From Syncephalis fuscata S228 (Eukaryota; Fungi; Zoopagomycota): a stretch of DNA of 64,000 nucleotides. This document shows, piece by piece, positions 42,019 through 54,746 of this stretch (the stretch's first letter is position 1; the number at the start of each line of letters is the position of its first letter). Where the stretch lies: assembly GCA_025786725.1 (NCBI GenBank), contig JAHLTZ010000030.1, positions 62,001 through 126,000 on the forward strand, in the 5' to 3' direction. The notes under the pieces are model-generated. The model worked only from the letters and a program-made list of their open reading frames with translations. It made no database searches and had not been told where the DNA came from. The position numbers were made by a program, and so were the translations under genes.

Positions 42019-43416
42019 TTAAAACATAACACGGTGATCGTTATCCATATCAATATCTTCTAAATCACCTAATTCTTCAATAGAAGTGACTGATCCTTCA
42101 GGCGTAGCGTGTTTCTCAATGGCCGCCTTTACTAATTGATGTGTACGTTTTGTCACTTCATCAATCGCACCTTCTCCATTAATCTATTAATAATAACCAT
42201 AGTGATAGTTCATTAGAATCAATAACCTATAAAATAAAAGTACTTACGGTACAGACCCGATCTAGACGGGCATAGTGCTCAATGACTGGGCGGGTAAGCT
42301 GCTCGAATGTATCGAGTCGCTTAGCGATCGTTTCGGCATTATCATCTTCACGTCCACTTGTCTCTCCTCGTTTCAACAAGCGTTTAACAAGTAAGTCTTT
42401 AGAACAGTCAAAGTTAAGTAAAAACGAACAATGACCAATAGATAGTTCAAATTCACGGGCTTGAGCTAATTCTCGTGGGAATCCATCCAATAGTATACCA
42501 ATGGAATGATCTTTTACTTTGCTAATAGCATTCACCAACAACTGTTTCGTAATAGCCTATTATTATTATTATATTAACAATGTTAATAATGGTGGCATTA
42601 CTATTAATAGCGTATCTATTTACCATTGATACCATTTTGCCTTCACGCATGGCAGCAGTAATCTCTGCACCTAATTTTGATCCTTGTGCCACTTCTTCTC
42701 TTAATAAATCACCCACCGATATATGGGCAAGTTGAAAGGTCTTGGCCAATACCGCACATTGAGTACCTTTGATTAATATTGTTGTTAGTAATCCACTATT
42801 GATTAAACCACTATTGTAGCTTACCTTTACCTGAGCCTGGTCCACCTATTATTATTATTATTATTATCATTATTATTATATTATTACGATAGTCATATAT
42901 AATAAATTACTCTTCTAGCTCTATTGCTACTTACCCAGTACAAATATAATCATAGTGTCGTTAAATGGCAATACTTGGTGTGATACATCCTTGCCACTAT
43001 CATTGGCAGAATACGTATTAGGATGACTTGATGGATAATTTGTTGATAATTTTTTAAAGGAGCGTCTAACTTGCATCTCTTGCATGTTTGATTCACCGGT
43101 CTGCATATTCATCATGGCCGAATGCTGAGATGTTGTTAATTGATCGGCACTCTTTTGTTTATTACATAGTTCATTCTGTTTGCCTATACCAAATAATCTT
43201 CTATTATAAAGAGTATTAACTGTCAATTAATTAATGTAAATATGGATAATAACTTACTGTAATGGTAGTAGAAATGAAAAGCAAAATGAAGTGCCCGTAT
43301 CATCCATATCTCTATAAATTGACATTATTATTAAATCTAATAGTTATAAAGTGTACAACTTACTGTTGTTTTTGTTGTGGTGGTGGTGGTGTTGGACAAT
43401 TAGTTTCGGCAGTCAT
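42019..43416 (-). CDS. Adenylate / UMP-CMP kinase family protein with N-terminal extension
   Basis: Spliced IIFVL-GGPGSGK-GTQC, HISVGDLLREE, LLDGFPR, RLLKRGETSGREDDN..TI.KRL (short-LID NMP kinase). Confidence 0.9.
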
Positions 43417-44074
43417 CGTTCAAATAAAAGGTGACACGCGATAGTGAATGGGAAATACAAACAAATAAAATAACTGATGGTGTGTGTGTGGATTGAAGGC
43501 GTCAAGTGTCGTTGTATTTCAATAAATAGCTTATATGTCCCTAAGGATTGTCCCTGATCGGCAACTCTATTGTTCTATCGACGTTCATAGACGGAATAGA
43601 AATGACGACTCATGGGCCAGGTGATGATAAATATGATCCGTTGTTGTTCAGGTGACGCGGTCGTGTGAACTGATTTATCCGATAAGTAATGGATGATGGT
43701 TTGACCATCAATCACTATAGACAATACACCACATGACACACAAATAGATACACACCCAAATATAAATAGACATACAAACAACTGTTTATACATACAAACA
43801 AACAAATCTATAGACACAATGGTGGATGCATGACTGATCCGTCGATCCTATAAACGTGTTGTATGGTCTTCATTGTTGTAACATCATAGGTTGCGCACAG
43901 GTAGAAGATCATTCTAATGATCAACAGTGCAGTCTACTAGCGTGACAATGAACAACCGACACTACAACATGATAGACAAGATAAAGTACACGCTATTTAT
44001 CTGATAATAATTCAAATTTATTGATGAAATAATCAAAAACAGACTATACTAGCTATTTCCTCCGTGTTGTTAAT

Positions 44075-46478
44075 CTAATCAACCTTGATGGCCGAATAGA
44101 TTTTACGTGTAAATAGTAGACAGGCGGCAAATCCAATTGCCCCTAAACAAACACCATCATTAACACCCTATCCAATCGCTATTACAATAACCATTATTGC
44201 TTACCTGTCATTACAAATAGCATAAGGGTCATGATGCCGGTCCATCCGAAATACAATACGGTACTCGTAAAGCTATCTATATTAAGACGTGTATAGTAGT
44301 AGTAGACGGCGAATGCCGATGTATATAGAGCACATCCACCCGATGTAAAGAAGGCCCGCCACCACCACCGATAATCCTCGGTACATAGATGGAAATAGCA
44401 CATAAGCACAGTTACCTGTGAACAAGTAATGGTCGCTATGATAAACACCAAAAAGAGGAAACCAAAGACATAGTAGATCTTATGGTACCAAATACTATTC
44501 ATGATAAAATAGAGTTCGATAAAGATAGCACCAAATGGTAGTAGGCCAGCGAGAATAAGGGCCGGTAATGGGCGTAGATAAAAGGCTTGTTCTGGTATTT
44601 GACGCGGTATTTGATTAGTGCGTACAGGATGTTCAATTTTCTATCCTTTACTCGTTAGTATACCACTTAAGCTACTTGAATTACATCATACCAATTTCTT
44701 AAAGCCAAAATAGGCCCCAACAAATGTAAGCGGTGTCGATATCAAGAACCACATAGCAAACAATGCGGCCAATGTACCGAATGGTACAGCATCCGATGAA
44801 TGTGCACTTAGTAGGAATATATTAATAACAAATATAATGCCAAATATAATACTATGTAGTCAATATTAGTAGAGTGTCTGTACTAGGTTATTACAGCCAT
44901 TACTTACCCAGGGAATAAAAAGGCTGTTAATGCAATATTGGTCTTCCATTCCACACCACCAAACATCTTGTAGAGACGAGCTGATACATAACCGGCTACA
45001 CATCCAAATAACATATAGAATGTAACAATCATAGTAATTAGTGCACCACGATTGGAGGGTGATAGGAATCCAAGTACGGCAAATGCTATATATCATTGAT
45101 TCATTAATACTACTAAATAGACCATTAACTATGCACTTACCGAGTGTAACTGCTGTCATACATAATAACTGAGCACCATTACCCACCAATACTGATAGTA
45201 ACATAGCCTGAGGTGGAGAACGGAATACATCACCATGCACCAATTTCCATCCAAAATCTTCTCTAATATCATCTTGTTCTTCATCAACATTATACCGTGC
45301 AATATCCTTATGAAGAGCACGTAATAGAATCACCCCCACCATAACGGTAAGGAAAATGACTATAAATGCCGATATAGATAGACTAATTGTTATTTAATAA
45401 CTATTAACATCCATAATCTGCATCTATTTATTCCCTTACCTAAACCAATGAATACTTGGATCAAATACATGTAGATAGTTGTCCCATCGTGTTCCCCATG
45501 GAATATCAGATGACTATATAATTATTATTATAAAAAACATTATTAATAATGTTAATTAACTACTAATGTTATACTTGCCTCCCATTCTACATCATAAGTG
45601 TAAACAATGCCTTGATTATCCTGTTTGTCATTAAGGATCAATAGATCTGTACTATTACATTGAGCATTGCCTGATTGATCAATTACTGTATTTTTACTAT
45701 TTAGTTCATTAGTGCTTTAATAACAACAACACAATAATGTTATCACTATACCTGTAAGGGAATACTAGCACACCAACAATACGGTAATTGATATTGTCTT
45801 TTGTATGATATTGAACTCGAATCTTGTAATGATTGTGTAGGGTAGTCTTGGGTTCAGGATCTTTAAGAAGCGATGTAACTTGACCTAGATTGAATCCAAC
45901 ACTATAGAATGATTCGTTGGTGTGACGATCAAATCTGATATGAGCGGCTGGTAATCCATCAATGAGCCAGTTATACGCATAATTTTCTTCAACGCGCTTA
46001 GCAATAAAAGCGATATCTTCTTTTGGTATAACACCGGTTTTACACAACACATTACAAGTGGTATTGCGCAACATTACCACTATAATTCATTTATGATATA
46101 TATATATATGTATGAGTATTGAATATTGGCTAGTTATATGGTTGGTTGTTATTGATGTACTTACTTAAACGGTGAATTGTAGAGTCGGTCACCGGATAGA
46201 ATGGCTCCGAGTGATGCCGATCGGCTTTGTGGTCCGCCTTCTGGCTGACAGAAGTGGAATTTGTCAAGATAATAGTTATACGGAATGATGGACCGTAGTT
46301 GTCTGTCTTGTGCGTCAATCTTTGGCGTTATTGGATTGACCGTCAAGTCGACTCGTTCTCCTTGGCGGTAATCGTGAGGAGCAACACCGGGCAGATAGAA
46401 TGCCTGTGTGGCTATAGGTAGTAGCGTGGTCACTATGGCTGACCACGCCAGTTGTCGGGGCACATTAGTGTACCGCAT
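44075..46478 (-). CDS. EMP70: Transmembrane 9 superfamily (nonaspanin) protein Emp70/Tmn; multi-exon
   Basis: Signal peptide then FYLPGVAP; SLGAILSGDRLYNSP, WLIDGLP, WGTRWD, GWKLVHGDVFR, PVRTNQIPRQIP, HLCTEDYRWWWRAF; C-terminal IYSAIKVD. Confidence 0.95.
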
Positions 46479-46656
46479 TCTTATAAGTACCTATGGAATA
46501 GAATGTGGTCAATAGCTGTATCGCTTGTATATCGTCGATGTTGAATAGACTGGCAGCAATAGTAAAAAGAAAAGATGCAGTACAAGTAAGTGTAAGGGTG
46601 ACAGAGTAAGTAAGAGAATAAGGCGAGAGTAAATCTACAAGTTGTGTGCCATGACT

Positions 46657-46683
46657 AATAATAATAATAATAATAATAATAAT
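46657..46683 (+). repeat. (AAT)n microsatellite
   Basis: Nine tandem AAT units. Confidence 0.85.
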
Positions 46684-46854
46684 TTATATATATTATTGCT
46701 GTAGAGTATTAAAAGTATTATATTTTGATCATTGATGCCACTTACTATCCAATTTATGTTAGATAGAAAAAGTGCTTAGTTCAATAAATAAGTGTTAATA
46801 GATATAATCATTTACTTATCAAATTACAATATAATTAAATGAATAGTGGGCAAT

Positions 46855-47965
46855 TGTAATCTAGTTATTTAATTATCACTAGATTTGTAACTAAATAATA
46901 TGATAAGCAAATATGTAAACAATAATAATAGTGCCACCATTATATTGCATCAATAAACACACCATACACTTTTTTAATAAACTTATTTCATTCAACATAG
47001 TATATGTATATTATTCTTTTACTTTGCCATCAATGATGCTTCATTTATTTAACCAGCATACTTAAAAAACATGCAATAACAGTACCAATTAACACTTGAT
47101 TGGATAAAAAACCAAATGAATATATTTTCTCATTTGGAAAACCGTGTCAAGTGATAGTACTAGCAACAATGTATAATACTACTGTTGATATTTGTGCCGA
47201 TTCTGGCAATAATTGGTATTGTAAACTACATGCAAAATTAATGGCAAATAATGAAAAATGCAATCCAGTATACTTGTTGACTCAGCACCAATATTCAAAT
47301 AGCTATACCAAATATTGTTAGTATTGTTTAGTAGTAATAAAATATTTACATCTAGTTGATTGTTGTCTATATGTAATTTATAGAACACATCTAAATAGTT
47401 CTTTTGTTGTTTGGATATTGTTATTGTTTGTTATACAGTATTATAAATAAATGTAAAAGTTGTTAAAAGTTGTTAATCATGATGATCGTCTAATATAGAA
47501 ACTATGCGTCCACCTGGAATACTGGCAGTACTACGACTTGGGCGTAAGTAACGGTTGTCAGAAGCACATAGCCCTATACTAGCTTCCTATCAAGATGGTA
47601 ATACGGTCTAATAAACGGATGATATGCAGCGGTAATTCAAGTGTAGCAATAAGCATCACTAGTATACTGGTTCACCCAATTGTAGCTAGTGTGTAAAGCT
47701 GAGCGAATGAACACCATTGCATATTACGATTAAAGAGCTGATATTACCATATACCGCTGCATTATCAAATAACCACAATATAGTAACTAGTTTTTGCCAC
47801 GTTGTCACCAATCGCAGAAATACCATTGATCCTCGGCTATCAAGCCACAAACCGTCTCAAGTCTTACGTCCTTATGTCTCGATAACTCCGAATACTAGCT
47901 GATATTTGAAACTAGTACTATAAGGTAATTCATTTAATAATGCTCACAAGTAAACAGTATGGTAA
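46855..47965 (+). repeat. Dispersed repeat module A, copy 2
   Basis: Inverted homolog of 1-1140. Confidence 0.85.
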
Positions 47966-48450
47966 TACACGTTCACCTACTACGGGTGTTCGCATACCAC
48001 ATCCGACATAGTGTGTGGTGGTATTATTCCGCAAGTTGAATCCTACCAGCACACCTCCAGCGCGCAATAAAAGCAGATGGACTCTAGTGTATGACCACCC
48101 ATCACAGGTCGCCGCCTGAACATAGGTCAGTGTGCAGCAGCAATTCCAACTTGCTAAATATTGTTACTGCACACCTTAAACTCCACATGTCTCCGCATTG
48201 CACCAGTATACAGTCGCCTACTACAGGCAACCACATGATTATCAAGCCTTGTATAATACAGTAGTTTGCAAATACTGCATTATACACTCAATATAGCCCA
48301 CAAGCAGAAACGCAGTATTTCGTGATCAACCAAAAAGGGACCCCACACCACTGGATGTGACTACTACCCCTTATGCTATACCATTAACAAACGACTTACA
48401 GTAATTAACAACTGGAAACAGAAGAAGGCGAGGTAATGAGCAAAAGTAAT
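47500..48450 (+). mobile_element. Possible highly degraded retrotransposon gag-like relic
   Basis: Stop-riddled frames give (C/S)Y(L/Q)DGN(A/T)V** in the two A copies, reminiscent of the gag YL.G.A..W motif, and RDPTPLDVT near 48337, reminiscent of the gag C-terminal PMDVD motif. Weak motif-level inference only. Confidence 0.25.
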
Positions 48451-49404
48451 TCAACACAGCCTTATAAAATTTCCCAAAACATATCTACCAATTAGAATGG
48501 ACAATGTTGGTAAATAGTATGTGGCAGCTGTTCATTGGCGTATTGCAACTGACTGACACCTTTTAATATCAGATACCATCTTATCAGTATATCGGATTAT
48601 AATCCCTTCCTTATTTCCATATTTGCTCACTTTTTGCCTTCCATTTGCCGGTCATTTCCGCGCATAATCAGCATATCTACACTGGCTAGTTGAATCAATT
48701 GGCCAATACAACTGAAACATAGCCAAATGCAACCATTCTTAATCAGTTGTACCACTATAATAGCGGCTCTTTCCGATGCTATCAATATTTTCAGGGTCTA
48801 GCGGGTATTTTGCTTTCCCCCAAGTATTCTTGCCATTTGCACACAATTAAATCAGTCGATCCACACAATTTATTACTGTATTAGTTAAATAAAAATGACT
48901 ACTTTTCTTTAGAAATATGGTCTATAACATAATTCACCGATTGAGTTTCAATGCCACTAAATAGAAATAAAATACACGTTGTTCATATTACATTACAAAG
49001 TCCGTTAAAGTTATGAAGTAAAAACAGGAATAAACACGTAACCATATCGACTGCAAAAGCCAACATGAAAACCAGTATGATGTGGCACATGCATGCTTAG
49101 CCAAGTGACTATATAAAATACCGATATGCACAATAGTTTGCTATACAGCTTAGGACTGAGCTATAGCATCAGTAAGCGGAATATACTACAGCAAATGTAG
49201 AATTAGTGTATATGTCAATAAAGTATTATTATCATTATACTACCTTCAATACTAATTGATATTGTATTATTGTGTGTTTTAAATTCATTAATGAAATAAC
49301 GCGTTGAATCTTTTTGCTTTACTCTTTACACGCTTTCTTTTCAAGCTCACTTTCTACTTTGAACAATTGTTTACCCATCGTCTATATTCTTTACCTTTAT
49401 CATT

Positions 49405-51734
49405 ATGAACACCTCAAACCAAATAACTCCACCCCGGCTGTTGAAGCCGCTCTTCCTACACCAGTTCGATCTCTCCTATCGCGGATGCAGCTTTTGTTGC
49501 ATCGTCTTCGAATGCTTCGTACAACGAAGATTCGCTTTATGTAAACGTCCCAGCCTGTTGGGATAGTTTAACGAATGAGGAACGCCATGGCGCTGTTGCA
49601 TGGCTTGAAGTGAATGATACAGCACATCAAGGTAAGCTAACGCAATATGAATTATACATGCATCTAAATATTAATTACTTAGAATTCATCTTGATGAACG
49701 ATCAAGAATTTACTGTTGGGGCAAGCCAACAGTGGTAAGTGACAAGAATATACACGATGTTAAGCTAACCACATAATGTACATTAAATAGTAACTGTCAG
49801 GTAACTGAGGATGAAATGCCTCAGTTATGCTTCAAGGTGCTAGTTGTAAGTATAGTATATACTCCAGTAGACTGATACTAACTAGGATGCAACATAGAAT
49901 AACGGCATTATTAGCTGCACAGTAAGTCAATAGCTGTTTAGTGTTTTATTACTAACCATTGATTTAGAATATTGCATGGGCAGTCTTAAAAGTTAGTTTT
50001 AAATTAGCATTAATAATGAAGTTGCTAACATTGTTTTTAGTCAACGGTGTCCATGTCGACTATGAAGAAAAAAGAGGTTTTAATGAAGACTGCTTCATCC
50101 GCGTGCCTGGGCTTGAAGGTAATTAACAAATGTTTACTATTATTATAACTTCTAATCATGCATTATAGCGTCGTTCAGTATTTGCCTCATTGAGCGCACC
50201 ACGCCTCTGGAGATGGAAGCTCTACAGAGTATAACCAGGTAAGTTACAAATACAGCTAACCACTATTAATATAACACATTATTATGATGATAGAGTCTCT
50301 TCCAAGAAACTATCATTACTGAAAAAAGACTTGGAAGGTAAGTATTTATATACAAAACAATAACTGGCTAACAAATTATTTATGACAGAGGCGCATATGG
50401 GCTGGTACGCCTGGGATTTAACCGCGTTACGCGTCAACGCGTCGCAGTTAAGATTTCAACACAAGGCTGTGATTTTAGCAGCTTTGCAAATGAAGTCCGC
50501 GCTCTAAATGAAGTAAAAGATCATTCTTGCTTCACTGAGCTATTTGATATGGGGATTACTTCCGCCAACACGTACATAAGCATCGAGTATGCTGCGGGTG
50601 GCGATTTAAAGGCATATAATAATCGCCATTTCCCAATTCCAGAGATGGAATTAAAACATATCTTTAAACAGCTGTTCGAAGGTGCCGAAGTAAGTACTAT
50701 TATAGTTTAATTATTACAACGCTAACATTCTATTAGTTCATGCACAGCAGGGCATCGTACATCGAGGTAAGTATATTTATTTCTTTAACATTACAATAGT
50801 TAATTATTGCTATTATTTAATTAGATATTAAGGTAATTAATTAATTGATTTAATATTAAGCATCTTTACTAACAATAAACTAGCCCGGTAATATCCTAGT
50901 ATTTAGCCATCGTCTATATCCCAAAGTCGTCTACACTGACTTTGGGATGGCTTATGATGTAGGTCTTCTCCCGCGGTCCAGTTGCTGTGGCACTATTCCA
51001 TACATGGCGCCTGAAGCGTCATTGTGGTCTAGCGAGCGGTTATCCCTGCTAGAGCGTGCGGAAGACAACACCGAGGTATACCACCGGTTGACCTCTCCAC
51101 CATTAAGTGTCAATGGGTATGGCACGCCCATTGACATGTGGAGTTTAGGAGCTATGCTCTACTACATCATATGGGGTAAGTACAAGCAGAAACAAAAATA
51201 TTCTACTAACTATTCTACCACAATAGATGAGTTTCCATATGGTGCGCCGAATACGATATTTAATTATATTGAAAATATATTAAATAATCAACTTGACCTT
51301 GAGCAAGTGATCACTCAAGCCAGCAACGAAGGTAAGTTGAATATTTATTTATTGAAAATAGCTAACATTGCACAGTGGTCGAGTTAGTGACGCAATTGCT
51401 AGCCATTGACAGCAATGCGCGCTATACGGCCGAACAGGCGCTGCGCTGCTCTTGGTTTGGCGGTCAGCAAGAACAAGTGAGTACAATTGTACCGCTTGAA
51501 GCCGCTTCTTCAAACCAGGAAGAAGTAGCGGCATTGGCAACATCGGCAACATCGGCAACAACTACATCAACACAAGCACCAATAGCACCGGCAGCAACGA
51601 AGCAACATCTAACTCCCAAGCGTTTGGGGCGACGCAAGTTAAAGCGCCGGTGCTATTCAAAATATAAGACGCAAGGTGTAGCCAAGCGGGTGCAACCTTT
51701 CCGCAAGTGCCGCTTCAACAAAAAGGCATTTTAG
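49405..51734 (+). CDS. Divergent FHA-domain Ser/Thr kinase (Chk2/Dun1/Mek1-like architecture), about 14 exons, several apparent 1-nt deletions (pseudogene not excluded)
   Basis: LGR|GAYGLV, VAVK, FANEV, IEYAAGGDL, GIVHR|DIK|PGNIL, TDFG, CGTIPYMAPE, DMWSLG, RYTAEQAL..SW. N-terminal FTVGASQQC...NGV resembles a degenerate FHA domain. Basic C-terminal tail. Confidence 0.8.
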
Positions 51735-51909
51735 TCAAAAGGTAAGTAAGCACTAACAATTATACAAGTCATAACACTAACCATCTTATATACTTAGCTG
51801 CTTTACATCATTTGTCCATTCATTGCTTATATGTTATCAATAAATATTGTAAATATGTTTTATTTAGTATATAAACTATTGTTCTATCTTCTATAATGCG
51901 GTGAGAATT

Positions 51910-52580
51910 GGCATGTTTCATTTTAATGATGTTGGTGTCAAATGACTTTTATTCTTTTAATACATTCGCTATTATACTGAAACTATATTCTATGATAATG
52001 AGTGTTTTTTGGGTGTGAATGACTTTTTGTTATATTTTATTATATTTGTTAGTATACTGAAACTACGTTCTATGATAATGAGTAGTTTGGTGTCAAATGA
52101 CTTTTATTCTTAATGCATTTATTCATTTACTATTAATCTGTTCTATGATGTACTGACATGTTGGGTAGATTGACTATTATTATTTACACTTCATTTATTA
52201 ATCAATTAAACTCGACTGTTTATAAATATTGACTGACAGGCTCACATCTCACAATCTACGTCATCACATTTCCTTTCTCTTTCTTCACACTTGACAGCAT
52301 ATATCCATTGCATATACTTGTACACTCCATATATACCATCTAAATAGTGTCAGTAGTTGACTGACTACTAGTTATGTACAAACACTATTTACACTATGTT
52401 CTTGCATTGCTTTTTGTAATCTAACCTTTTTTTACAAATCATCACCATTACTCCGATCATTGCTTTTGGTAACTTTATTGACATAGTAAATACACCTCTA
52501 GATTGTTTTTAAGTTACGTTGAACATATACTGTAAAATCTCGTTGTATGCTTTGTTTATGCTATGGATCGCAATTACAGA
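51910..52580 (+). repeat. Dispersed repeat module B, copy 2, beginning with about four degenerate 75-80 bp tandem units
   Basis: Units of ttctatgataatgagt..ttggtgtcaaatgactttt recur between about 51910 and 52190; the remainder is the inverted homolog of 1700-2150. Confidence 0.9.
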
Positions 52581-53199
52581 TCATCTGCTGCAGCTTTGCA
52601 ATCTTAAAAGTGGCAACGCAATCTGTTACTACAGAGAGACTAAAATTTGCTGTTAACATGACCTGCAATGACAATCCATGGTAAGCTAAAAAATACAGTG
52701 ATTTTGGCAGCATATATACTGTATGCTATACTAAATTAATAACTGCCAAAACTTTAAAGTGCATACAGGCTATATGCAATACCAAACTCATAACTGTTAA
52801 TATCTTGATACTATAATTATACTGTTATAACAATATGATGAAAAATGCGCTATATGATTGGAAAACATGCTACATGTGAATAATTGCATGATATTTATAT
52901 TAAATATCAGTACTAATTACTAACATCAAACGGCTATTACGAATATGACGACTAAATATTTGCTAGCTGTAGAGGTATGGATGTTTAAATAAGCTGATAA
53001 TATAGCTTTGAAAATAAAATAATAGAGAGCATTCAGATTTATTACTAGTTATGTTTGTTATAAAATGATAGGCTTATTTAGTATCAATAAAGTCCATATT
53101 GATTTCTAGTTCCATACAAATTATTTGGCTTATCATAATAGTTTACATGTCACACTGTATAGATATAGATATAAATTATATTGAATTTAAGATAAATGA

Positions 53200-54695
53200 T
53201 TAGATTATAGTGTAAATGGCCACTACACCATCATCTTTTGCATGTTCAGCCACACCACTGACAATAATATCAGCTTGATCAAATGAATTAGTAGTAGTAA
53301 GCCAATTAATCTTGGCAAATGGCTCTGCTTTCCGTTTAGCAAGTGGAGCAGTAGGTGAAGCATCTTTAGTTGACCAAATGGCCAACTGTCCATCATTGCC
53401 GCCTGATATCAATACATCAGGTGTATACTTGGCAAATTCACTAAAATGTCAAATAAATAAATAGTAATAATAGTAGTGGTAGTAATAATGGTATACTTAC
53501 ACACATGCTACGGCAGAACAGTGCCCATTATATCGTTGTCGTAATTGCCATTGCTTATTACGCATAGATTGCCATACTAATACATCACCGGTACCAACAC
53601 CTGCCGCAAGTAATTGACCGTCCATACTAGTAGCTACTGTATGAGCAAGTGGTGGATTGACTAGTTGGGTGGTTGACTTGTTTTCTTCTACTTCGTTTGA
53701 TGCACTTAATTCAGTATCTAATAGCATTGTTTATTAACCAATCAGATATTTAAATAAAGGCTCTTACTCATATCAAACACGGTACTTGGACTGCCCCGTG
53801 TAATATCCCATACAATAACTTGGTTATCAAGACCCGCAGAAATGACTATAAAATAATTAATACAACGAATCTAATCTGTAAATACTTACCTTCATATGGT
53901 GCTTTGGGTCTAAAAGTTACACCTAAACAAATCTAATTTTATTACTATTATGTTATTACATCTAATTGTAATTACTTACATTTTTATGAACTGATCTCAT
54001 TTGTTTATATGGTCGTTGTGATTGAATGTCAAATACTCGAACATCACCGTTGTCATCAGCAGTGGCCATAAATCGGCCCTTTTGATCAATAACAATCTAT
54101 TTATGTGTATATAGTTAGTATTTATCTTTATTATTATTATTAAAATTGGCTTACTTGATTGATTTCATCTTTACTAAAATCTAGTATGTTTTTACTTTCA
54201 GTAATAACCATACTAGCATTTCTCAAATCAAATGTGTGTACCTTGTTTATTTATCAATAAATAGCAAATGATAGGAGTGGTAACTTACTTTATTGCCAGA
54301 TGCAGCATAAATAATATGGGCATCGGTTGGCGAGAAGCACACGCTTGTTACCTATAGGCGGTTAGTATATTGCTAATTGCATGGTTATAACAGTACCTCA
54401 GCATCAAATGCTCGTATTCCTGTCATACTCGGCCTTCTCTTACATCCCAAAGACGACAAGTAGCATCCTCTGAACAGTAAATAACAACAACAAAATAATA
54501 AATATTGTATACGTAAAGTAATGGCTTGGCTAGTTACCTGAACCAGTGGCTAATAATGGCGTACTTGACAGTTGTCTTGCTGTAATGCCAATGACAGTAC
54601 TGGCTTCTTATGGCCACGCAATAAACGAGTAGGTATCTATGAGACAGATATAATACTGGTGTCTATTATTCTATAAACGACCTTTAACTTACCAT
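53200..54695 (-). CDS. WDR53: WD40-repeat protein WDR53-like; first coding exon is only the ATG
   Basis: M|IPTRLLRGHKKPV, ATGS|EDATCRLWD, YAASGNK|VHTFDLR, KDEINQ|I, ATADDNG, VH.N|IC..V.FRP, SAGLD, LVNPPLAH. Confidence 0.8.
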
Positions 54696-54746
54696 GACCA
54701 GTGATAAAAAAACAAAATAAAAATCATTTATTCTTTTCTATTTTCA

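Noticed and set aside
51910-52200. Regularly spaced repeats resembling a CRISPR array
   Set aside because: Repeats are degenerate, the intervening sequences resemble each other, the context is eukaryotic and there are no cas genes; this is a minisatellite.
52345-52372. Hairpin followed by CTAGT as a Helitron 3' end
   Set aside because: The hairpin is only 2 nt from CTAG, and homology between copies continues about 200 bp beyond it, so it is not a terminus.
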